Shown: positions 28,101 to 40,100 of the stretch, piece after piece
How the letters are laid out: each line of letters begins with the position of its first letter
Numbering within the stretch: the first letter of the stretch is position 1
Assembly (NCBI RefSeq): GCF_006345805.1
Contig: NC_043001.1
Location: forward strand, 27,776,001-27,840,000
DNA from: Octopus sinensis
Lineage: Eukaryota
Direction of reading: 5' to 3'
Length of the DNA stretch: 64,000 bases
Notes under the pieces: model-generated
Told to the model about the DNA's origin: nothing
Database searches by the model: none
What the model saw: the letters and a program-made list of their open reading frames with translations, nothing else
Position numbers and translations under genes: made by a program

Positions 28101-31100
28101 TGATGATGAAAACTGCTGTAATATCCAGTCAGTTCTTTTGGAATAATTTAATACCATATTGAAGTAATAATCATTTTAATAATTTTTAATTTTCTCTCCC
28201 TCTCTCTCTTAATGTTATGTACCTCACCGTCTTTCATATTTCATAACTAATATCATTGTAAGTTAAAGTTTGAATATGTGATGATATTTGTAGTGTTTTA
28301 CTGCCATGTTATTCTGCATAATTTAGTTTTCAAATATGAATTTTGGTAGAATGGAATCCTTTTATCAGAAAAGTTATAGTTTATTTTATTTTTGAATAAT
28401 ACACTAGTCATTTTTTTTTATTTGCAGGAATTAAACAAAAAATGCAGGCAGTGTATGGATGCAATCATAAGTGCCAAAGATCGGCAGGCGGCAGAAGCTA
28501 ACAAGAATGCTACCATCCTTTTGGAAGAACTAGACAAAGAACGACAATGGGAGGAAAACAAGAGGGCAGCAGCAGCAAAGCGGAGGGAACGCAAGAAAAA
28601 GAAGAAGAAAGAGAAGTTAGAAAAAGAAAGAGAATCAAACATGTATGTTGCCAGTTGTTTTCTGCATGAATTGATTGCATAATTTCCATTTGTTCAATAA
28701 CTCTGAATATACCTGTTTCATTGTATCTAAATTAATGATAGAGCTAGCCAATAAGTACGACCACAAGGTTTGACTTATTCCTTCAATTTTTTTTTCCTTT
28801 CTTTTTAATTATATCTTTTCTTTTATAATTATGATTAATTATTTATTTTTTTTTTTATAATTATATCTAGTAAAAACAGTTCTCCTGTGCCCGAAACAAA
28901 CAGTACACCTAAAGGGGAGGAAGAAGAAGAAGAGGAAGATGTTTTAGTTCTATTAGAACCACCTTCTGCAACTACTACTACTACAATAGGTCTGTTACTA
29001 CTTTATTGCAATTTTAATTCTGTAAAGCATTTTTAGTAAAACTCTCGCTCGCTCGCTCTCTCTCCTGTGAATAAACTTGTCTAAATTATGCAAAAATGAA
29101 AATAACACTGGCATCTCATTTTAACAGATATATTTACTTAAATAAAAATATTTAGAAATACTAGAGTAAATTTATTGAATAAAATCGCCACTGGCTTTGA
29201 CCACGGCCTCCAGATGACTTTGGAATCTCCTGCAACTCTTCTGGACGATTTCTTTGTTCAAGTTGGTGAATGCTGCCATAATCCTTGCTCTCAATTCATC
29301 TTTGGTGTTACAAGGAGTTTTGTTGGTCTCTTGTTCAACTGCGCCCCACCCATAATAATCAAGGGGTTGCAGTCTAGAGAGTTAAGTGGCCAGATGTTAG
29401 GGGTGATGTGGTCGCAGAAATTATCTGACAGCCATGACTGGGTTCTCCTGCTTGTGTAGCATGGTGCAGAGTCCTGTTGCCAGACATAGGGTCTTTCAGC
29501 AGCCATCCTCTTGATCCAGGGCAGCACTATCTTCTCCAGGCACTTGATGTAGGCCTCCGTGTTACGTCTGAGACCATGTGGGAAGATGAATGGAGGCCAT
29601 AATGTCACTAGTGATCACTCCAAATATCCTGATGTTGATTGCATGTTTGATTTTTATCTGGGAACACAGCAAACCAATGGTTGTTCTGTGTGTTCATCTG
29701 ATCCTCTGTGTGTGTGTAAAGAGGTTTGCATCTCAGTCATCTGGCTTCTAGTTCAGTCTCATTATGTGGCACCTTGGGCTAATTTGGTTGACAAGAACTG
29801 AATGAAGTCTGTTTTATACATATGTGTGTATGAGGTGGATGGATGTGTTTGTGTCCCCTTGTCTTAACATGGCATGATAGCTATGAATAGGCTTCGCTGT
29901 CGTTCGTACAAGCAGTGCTCATTGTTTCCAGCCTTCTGTGAAAATATGTCGAGCTATTGGGGGAATGTTCTTTTCTACCCTAGGCACAAGGCCCGAAATT
30001 TGGGATGGGTGGAGCGGTTGATTAGATCATCCCCAGTACACAACTAGTACTTAATTTATTGATCCTGAAAGGATAAGTCGACCTCAGCGGAATTTGAACG
30101 CAGAACATAAAGGCATGAAATGCCACTAAGCAATTTGCCCAGCATGCTAACGTTTCTGCTGGCTTGCCGCCTTGAGGGAATATTACTCTGGTTGGAAACA
30201 GGTGAAGGTTAGTTATAGGAAGGACATGCAATAATAGAAAAACTGCCTTAGTGAATTTTGTCAAACTCATGCAAGTGTGGAGAAGTGGATAACAATACTG
30301 TGATTATGACAAAATATATATGGTACTAATTTATGTGAGTTAAATAGGCAAAATTGTTATTTAAATTAAATATAAATGGAAACTGCATACTATCACTTCT
30401 ACATGTTGAGTAAATATAGAATGCAGACAATGAAAGGATGGGTATGAACTTCTTGAAAAACAGTCCAGTTGCACCCAGTACTGTCTATGTAAAAACATTC
30501 ACAAAGGCAGCACAATGGAAAGCCTGCCAAAGACAACAAAATTGTGCCAGTAAAATTTACCTCAGATTCAAAAGCCAAAATTGCCTAAAACAAAATCAAA
30601 GAATTAAATGCATTCAAAAACATTTTCCTTAACAACAGAAAGCTGTCTATAAATATGAATCTGTGGAACAATTTTGCATCAGTATTTATTTGGTTTAAAG
30701 ATGTTTTGAACGAATGCAATCTTAGCAGAAGATATATTCATATCACACAGTGCATGTATGTATGGACATGTGCTTGTGTGTGCACTTGCATGTTGAAAAA
30801 AAAAGAATTGTTTGTTTTCAATCAGGTGGAAAATGTAGTTTTCATTGTATTTTGCAGGCACTATAAGTAACGGTGCAATGAGTGAACCAAAGATCAAGCG
30901 CTATCGGAACCACCAAGCAAAGCTTATTACATGTCAAACTTCAAACTCAAGTCTAAATCATGAGTTGCGAAAGAATAAGAAGGGCAAAAATAAGGTGAAA
31001 GACAAACCACCGGATAGCAGGCTCACAAAATTGTCAAATACCTCAACAGTTGCTATTGGCTCCTCGGCCACTGCCAGTCAAACCACTTCAACGGTAACAA

Positions 31101-34100
31101 TGTCTGTTAGTAACATGAATGGGAACAAGGAGTCTGAGGTGAGATCAACTAATAGTGGAAGTGGTGGAGGAGGTAGTAGCAGTGGTGGTGGTGGCAATGG
31201 TGGGAGCAGCAGCAGCAGTGGTGGTGGAAGTGGTAATACTAACAATAACAACAACAACAGTAACAGTAGCAAAAAGAAAAAGAGAGACCATGTAAATTCA
31301 AGTTCTTCAGGTAAAAAGTCAAGTAAGTATGGGATTTTTTTCTCTTTTTTCTGCCAAATTATTTAAGCTAATGAGATATATTTATTTACCATTGTTACAT
31401 ACTTTGTGGAATTTGTGTTCACTTAACATTTAGAAGTAAACATATTTAACCCTTTCGTTACCAACCCGGCTGAAACCGGCTCTGAGTACAAATGTCTTGT
31501 TTTTATAAGTTTTGAATTAAAATCTTCCACCAAACCTTAGTCACAATTTATGTTCCTAACACTAACTTAATGTTAACTAAGTTATTTTACTAAATTATTT
31601 GTTATATTCAAAGTAATTCAAAGAAACACAGAGCATCTCAAAATAAATACGGTAACGAAAGGGTTATATATTGGATTCCAGTAGTACCTATTAGTGACAT
31701 ATTCAGGAAAAAAAAAACTTCATGTAGTTTTTTTTCTTAGGAACGATTATGCTAATGTGACTGATTGAACTACTAAGAACTATATCTGGGTAGCTAAATC
31801 TCCCTCAAATCATAACCTACTAAAAACAAGGACCCACATAAGATGTTGTTTTAGAAACATTGAATAAAAGATGGCTGTTACTTGATTCCAGTGTCTCTTT
31901 GGAATGACTTATTCACACTGTTTATGTATTATTTAATTTTGCATATACTCTGTTTTTATATAATTTTTTTTCTTCTTTAATCTTACAGCCATTGGAGATC
32001 TTGATGATTTTGGGTCTTTGCTAGAAATACCATATAAAGTTTATGGTTCAGAAATTGATAAATTATTAACTAAAAGCTTGGATAAAAAATCAATTGTGTA
32101 AGTCTTATGTTTGTTAATCTTACACTTTCATTTTTATGTTCAGATCTTCATGTTGGTCTGTGATGCATTTAGAACAGTTGTTACTGTATTCCTAACTAAA
32201 ATATGTATTTTACTTTGAAACTTGGACAAATTGTTTGAAAAAACAATTATTTGTTTTTTGATATGATGTGGTATTTGTAGCATGACTTGATAAACTAAAT
32301 AGACTTTTTGTCTCAAATCTACTCTTAATTCCATAATGAAAGTTAAAATTTTGCTTAAATATCTCTATATAACAAGTGTTATTGGTCATTATTCACCTGG
32401 GTAAATAACAATTATGATATAGAAATATGCATATAAAACAGGTTATGCAATAATCATCATCTTCATTGTCGTTATAATGTCCACTTCTACATGACTTGGA
32501 TGGAATTTGCTGAGGTAAATTTCTTGTGGCCAGATGCCCTTCCTGTCGCCAACCTGACATGTTTTTGCAAAAATATTGGAAATGGACTCTGCATGTGTAA
32601 TGGTGATGCTTACTGGCAAATTTCAAGACATAAATACACACATATATACTAGCATGGAAAACGGATGTTATATAATGCACAACAGACTTCTTTAAGTTTC
32701 TGTCTACCAAATCTACTCAGTCAGCTGTTATTAGCTTAGGGCTATAGTGAAAAAAACACTTGCCCAAAGTTCTCTGCATTGGGACTGAACCTGAAACCAT
32801 GTGGTTGAAAAGCAGACTTCTCAACCACACAGTAACACCTGCACCTATAATGTATCTCGAAATTTATGAGTGTTTGAAAATGACAAAATGAGATACATTC
32901 ACATAGACCTTTTGAGTAAATAGAAAATAAAGAATTAGGGTAGGTTTGAACACACATTGGGAAGTCTTTGCAATTGACTTTAATACTCTCCTTTTTGATG
33001 CTTCGATGCTAGTACAATCTTCTGTGACTATTGAGTTGTTTTTTTTTAAATTATGGAAATGGCTGAATTTCAGAAGGATATTTTTTCCTCTGAAATTTGC
33101 CTTTTACCCAACAATTTTTTGATGGTCAGTTGTGTTGCAACATATACGTGGAACTGCTGATGATCCCATCACTTTTGAGCCTTTCTTGATATACAATAAA
33201 AGAAGTATTAACAACACATTCACATTTATGATATACTAAGTCAGATATTGTCACCACGTTTTTTACCTGCTCTACATCACTAGCTCATCATCTGATTCAG
33301 CTGATCTATAGAGTGAAAATAAATTTACCTCTATATGTAGTTCTTAAATAATTCCTTTCTGCTGTTGAATTATTTTGCTTTTTTCTTTATATATGTATTC
33401 ACTGGCATCCCTTTTTTTTTTATTCGCAACATTCATGTGGCACATGAATATTGTCACAGCTTCAAAGTTTGCCACAAGTTTGACCAGACAAAAATATTAG
33501 TCAAACATTAATAATAGTTAGCTTTGGGTATGGTGTAGAAGTGATAGGGTAGTAAAGAAATAACTATACCATACTGACTAGTGCAAGTTTTTTTTTTTCA
33601 CTCGCATAAAAATTAACCTCACTACTGTATTCAGTATCCACTTCATACACTGTCCACATTTCTATGCCCCGTTCTGCAGGTTTGTCCAGCATTTATATCC
33701 CACCATCGTTTCATCTATGGTTAATCTTTTTTTCCCTGGCTTGTAAAATAAAATAAAAAAAAGCTTAAATGTCTTTTGCACAGCAACCAAAAAGGCTTTT
33801 ATTTTAATAATGGGTCAAGATTTTCTTCTCCACACATTGGTGTACTGCTGGTGTCTTGCACTGTGAAAATACTATCAGCTTAAACAATCTTGTTTCCAGT
33901 CTGATGGAAAATGTTTCATTTATTCAGTTATATTTAATAGCTTCTTGATTCCTATTATAATGGTTAGGGTTTAAAAAAAAAGGCTGGCTTTTCATTCAAG
34001 AATGTAGAAAGCCATGTATTACTGGCTCTTCCCCACTCTGTTCTGCTTATCTGTTTTCCTCTGTGATTATTGACTGGAACAGTTGATTTGGCATAAATAA

Positions 34101-37100
34101 AAGGAAATGAGTTAAGCTGAATCTCCAAGCTAGTATTCATTTTTTTGAGAAGGTTCAAAGTATAATGAAATCAATGTGTAAAAATATCCAAAAATTTTAG
34201 ATGGCATATTTTGGATTATTTAGTTAGACTAATAAATTAATTTTCTTGTTACTAATACGGAGGGTAAGGATGGAAACCAGCACTAAATGATATTACAGAT
34301 ATTAGGTAACATGATTGCAGTTGTGAAATGTTTGTAATATTAGGTGGTAACCACTAATTTTTTTTCCCCCACCACAGGGAGTGTCAGGAACATTTTGGAC
34401 CTTTATTAGATAAAAATACCAATTCAAGTGATCGAACTGTCAGTTTAATGAAGGCTCACAATGTAAACATGAGTCCTAAAAGAGGTCAGAGAAAGGAAGA
34501 TGGTTGGAAAGAAGTCGTAAGGAAGTAAGTTTTCTTTAATTTTTTGTTGTTTTTTGTATTTGTTTCTGTATTTTGCTATATTTTTGAAATATTTTATTTT
34601 TTTCCATTATAATTAAAAATGCAAATGTTTTTTTTTGTATAGATCTAAAAAAATCATAGTTTCTGCGAATGCTATCAGTCGAGTAATAGGCCGAGGTGGT
34701 GCCAATATTAATGCCATAAGAGATGCCTCAGGAGCGCATATAGAAGTTGAAAAACAGAAAGGCTCTGGTGACAGATTGATTACTATCAAGTAAGTTACTT
34801 CTGAGCTTTTATCTCTTAACATCAAGAAAGATATAAATATTCATAATTCTACATTTTAATTATTGTTCGTCATGAATGGTTTTGTATTTCCTCTTAGATT
34901 TCTGGCTGATATATTGCTAACTAGCTTTTTGCTTGATATAATCACAGTTGTACTGTGGTGGAATACATAGTCTTTTTGCCAATTGATGTCTTGTTTTTTT
35001 TTTACTCATTAGCTTGTAATGACTGAAAGGGAAAGTAATGGACATCATCATCATTTAATATCCACCTTCCTAAGGTGGTGAGCTGGCAAAAACGTTAGCA
35101 CGCTGGGTGAAATGGTTAGCGGTATTTCATCTGTCTTTACATTCTGAGTTCAAATTCCACTGAGGTCGACTTTGCCTTTCCTCCTTTCGGGGTCGATAAA
35201 TAAAGTACCAGTTATGCACTGGGGTCAATGTTATCGACTTAATCCCTTTGTCTGTCCTTGTTTGTCCCCTCTATGTTTAGCCCCTTGTGTGCAGTAAAGA
35301 AATAAGAAACGTTAGCATGTCGGGTGAATTGCTTAGTGGTATTTCGTCTGTCTTTACGTTCTGAGTTCAAATTCCGCCGAGGTCGACTTTGCCTTTCATT
35401 CTTTTGGAGTTGATAAATTAAGTACCAGTTGTATACAGGGGTTGATCTCATCTACTGGGCCTCCCCTCCCCCCAAATTTCATACCTTGTGCATAGAATAG
35501 AAAAGAATATTCACCTTCCTTGGTGGACAGTGGACAGGAGCTGATAAACGTGAGAACTGCACCAAGCTCTATTGTCTACTCTGGCATGGTTTCTGTGACT
35601 GGATGCTCTTCCTAGTGCTAACAACTTGAGTGTGTACTAGGAGCTTTTTAAGTGGCACCAGCACTAGTGATATCATCAAGTAATTTGTAAGGCAAGACCT
35701 CTCAACTGAAGGGGAAGTAGTATTGAAGGAGAAGACTTTGTGACAAGTGGTTTAGAACAAAAACAGGCCTTGTGCAGTTGGAGAAGAGGTGAGAGAGGGA
35801 AGATGTCAGGATATATGTGGTTCAGGGTATTGGATAGGGCGAGTGAGCAGTTGAGTTTGTGAGAGTGTCAAAGGAGTGTGGTAGCTGGTGGTGAGAAGAA
35901 TGCGGTGAGTGAACATGTGTGGAAGGATGAAGGTGTTAGGAAGATGATTGCGTGCAGGCACAATAAACATAAGCAATGTGCCTTTAGAGCCTCATATCAT
36001 CCACAGATTTAGTAGAGGTATTTTTTGTTTAGATATAACTGGTACATTTGCTAGTAGCATGTAAAAAGCACTCACTATACTCTTGGAGTAGTTGGCATTA
36101 GGAAGAACATCCAGCTGTAGGAATCGTGCCAAATCAGATTCAAACCTGGTGCTGCTCCCCAGCATACCAGTTCTCAGTCAAACCGTCCAGCCCATGCCAG
36201 CATTGAAAACGGACGATAAATGATGATGAACTAAACTTGGAACATTATTATGTGGTAGATTAAGACAATTTTTCACGTTTCCAACTTATTTTAATGGAAA
36301 CTTTTTTTTTTCTTTCTTTCAGGGGATCTGCTGAAGCAACCAGACAAGCTCATTTATTAATAAATGCCCTAGTTTCTGATCCTGATAAAGAAATTGCTGA
36401 GATATTACCCAAAAATAAACAATCACGACAGAGCCAGCAACAACAGCAGCACACTCAGTCACATCAGCAGTCAAATCATGTCCCATTGCAGACTCAGTTA
36501 ACATCTGAATGGACAAACTCCAGTGTGGCTTCAACTAGCAGTAATAGTGATAGTTGCAATACTAACCATGTCACTAACACTTCTATTGCTAGCGGGACTT
36601 ATGTTTCCACATGTCCTTCATTGTCAAGCTACAGTTCGAATAATAAGGTTCAAAGGCCTGCTATCTCCAAACAACAACCCCCTAATTTGGTGACTTCCTC
36701 TGTTGGTAATTCTGCACCACGACCAACATTGGTACAAAGTTCTGGAAGTGGTGTTGTGCAGAGTCAAGTCTGGTCAAATGCTCAGTCCACTTCAACCCTC
36801 AACTCACCTCAGCACAATCCACATCCTTCTCAGAAGTCTGCGTCGTTAAGTAATGTCACTCAGCAGCAACAATCCCAACCCCACCATCAGGTACAGATCC
36901 GGTCTCCGCCCACTACAGCTTCCGTTGCCACTTCATCTGCTCCAGAGGCCAAAGTTGTTAGGCAGTTGTTCCCGAGTGATAAGCGGACAACAACTGTGCC
37001 TACTGTGGTAACAACTACCCATGCAACTGTCACCTATAGCAGTGCTCCATCAGGGATAAAACTAATAACTTCTACTGCTACCTCAGCTGTAAAGGTTGAA

Positions 37101-40100
37101 ACCCATTCCTCTAATTCTTCTCCTCAAATTAAGTCTACAATCACACCTAGCACCAAAGTTAATTACAGACCTCCTCCTCCCAACATGAAGCCATTAGATA
37201 TACTTTGTGGTGGTGGTGGTGGTAGTAGTGGTGGCAGCAGTGGTGGTAGTAGTGGCGGTGGTGGTGGTGGTATAGCCCCCAATCCAGTTGGTCCGCCAAC
37301 TGCTCCTTCAATAGTAAATACTAACTTAGTAATGCGAACAGGTGGTGGTAATGTTATGCCTCAGTCTCAGCTTTCATCTGAAGCAGCATCCATTCCTGTC
37401 ACATTACCATGTGACTATTCTCCTTTTAATAACTTGTTTAGTCATGTTGCTGAGCAGGTAATGGGGAAAAAAGATGACCACTGTGGAGAAAGAATGAATT
37501 TTGCCAGTGTTGCTGCCGGAGTGCAAATGAATTCTGGATTGCCGTCCCAAGTTGGTCGAAGTTCCCCTAAACCATTACCTGCAGAACCAAAGATAGACGC
37601 TGCTTTGCAGGCTAAAGCTCCTGGCTATAAACCTAATGGACACAGGACAAATTCCCCCCAGCACACTTTAGTATCAGATCTAGAACCAGTTAAAGTGCCC
37701 AATTATAAAAACCCTTTTGGACTGTCTTTACATAATTCAGATGTTATGTTAAATTCAGTGGGTTGCTCATTGTCACCCCGGTCAAATAATTCAGGTCAGC
37801 CTGGATTGTCTCCAAGGACCATAAGGGCAGGTGTAACTTTGGAAGCAGCACACCAACGGATGCTACCTCCTGTTATGTCTAGTCAGAAGGAGGAATATAC
37901 CATTCCTAACCAACCTATGACTCTTCCAAAAATAGATAGCATTTTAAATCCTCTTGCACCTGATTTCAAAAGTGTTTCCACACCTCAGGGGAATTTGCCT
38001 GCACAGTTTCTTGGTCGTACAGGGGTTGGTAACTTGAATTCTGGTAACATTCAAACTGCAATGTATGCAACTCATGCTTTAAATGCTACTTTTGTAAACC
38101 CTAACTACAGCAGTATGCACCCTCAGCCCAACTACCTCCCTGTAGCTCCTCCCCATCCTCCACCTATGCCAGATATGCAACCCAATTATAACATACTCAG
38201 CCAATTTAGTAACCAACCAACTACTAACATGATAAATCCTAACCAACCAGTGCAGCGTCCATATTCACCAATGCATCCACAAGTGCGACCAAACAGTGCA
38301 CCATCTATAGCACTACGTACAAAAGGTAAATAATTCTTTTAGTTTATAAATTTAACTTGAATTCAAAAATATTTTAATTCTAGATAGTTATTGAAGTGGT
38401 TTAAGGAATGGTATTCTGATTGAGCCAATCTAACACTAACACTCGTGTATCCATATATGCCGAGGTCGACTTTGCCTTTCATCCTTTCAGGGTCGATAAA
38501 TTAAGTACCAGTTACGCACTGAGGTTGATGCAATCGACTTAATCCGTTTGTCCTTGTTTGTCCTCTCTGTGTTTAGCCCCTTGTGGGTAGTTAAAAATAA
38601 ATTATTTTATATTAAAATTCAATGATATTCTTATGTGGGCTTTGATATTTTGAACATTCAACATTTTAGAATTTCAGAGCCTCCAAAGTCTATAATATTG
38701 CAAGTGTATATAAAAAAAAATTATCGTTTATGAAGTTAGGCTCACCAATAATTTTAAAAAGTGCTAGTTTTATTCATTGTTTATAATGCCAAATTTTTTT
38801 TGTGAAGAAAATGAACTAACTGTGTTTAATATGTAAGGGATGGAGAAACAAGGAAATTATGGTATTTATAGCTTTCTCTAAGGCATTAGAGGTACAGTTG
38901 TGTGTGTGTGTATGGATTCAGTTAAAATTTAACTTTTCAGTTTTAGAGCAACTTTTGACAAATAGCTTCATATTATCTAATTTGGGTGATGAGAGGATTT
39001 GAAATCAATTTACTTTGTATTGTGGTCAGAGTAAATATTTTACAAAATGATGTAAAAGTTGCTTTTTTATGTGTGTCAGTGTATTCTAATAATTTAATAT
39101 AAAAAGAAATTGTAGATCTTATTTAACCTTATTTTTAACTTACTGCAGTGATTTTCAACTGGGGTCCATAGTGGCCTTTGTGGAGGCCAGATAAGACTTT
39201 CGTAGTTAAAATCTATCTGCAATATATTTGTTTATACTTCTACAATACACAAAATATCTTAATTTTTTTTTATACAATTCCTAATAGTATTCAATTATAA
39301 AAATGTGATTTTTTAAACATCAAATGCCTATAAGGGTCCATCCTAGTAAAACAGGAATCAAAGGGGTCCATAGGTAAAAAGTGATGAACACTGACTTACT
39401 GTTCTGGCCACGAAGGTGTTCAACCTGATGAAAAGACTGAAAAGAATAATTGTGATCCTTTAGTCTGTGAGAATATAGGGAAACAGACTGACCCAGTCAG
39501 AATTTTCTTTGACAGTTAATTTGTCTATTCAAGATAAAGCAGTTCATTCTATCACTTTGTTTCAGTGTTTTATCAATATCTTATTAGTGTGTTACTAATT
39601 TCCATCTATTTGCTCAATATTAATTACGGTTTTATTGCTGTTTTACTTTCAAATTTTTATCATTGCATACATTAAAGAATTTTTTTCTTTCTTTTCTGAA
39701 GGCGTTCAAGGTCCATCTTCTCCTTTGCCTCTGAGTACCACTCCTCCACCACAACCCTTAGAACAAGTAAAAAATATTATGGATGAACGTAAACTTTTGA
39801 AACCCATTGGAGGAGAACGTATGATTAAAAAACCTCAAGGAATCAACATGGATAATGATTTCAACCCAATGATATGGGCGCTTAGTTCAGGTATGTGTGT
39901 TTGAAATGTTATCCCGTTGTTACTATAATTACCAAGCAAGCATATATTTGTTAGATTCAGTTTTGAGATGCAGATATTTATTAAAAACAATTTTTTCAGA
40001 AAATTTGTAGGAAAATTTGCAATAATTTTTGTATTTTATATCTTCAGAATTGAATTCCGAGTGGCCTGCAAGTAGTTCTCCCATCATGGCTTCAGCTGCA

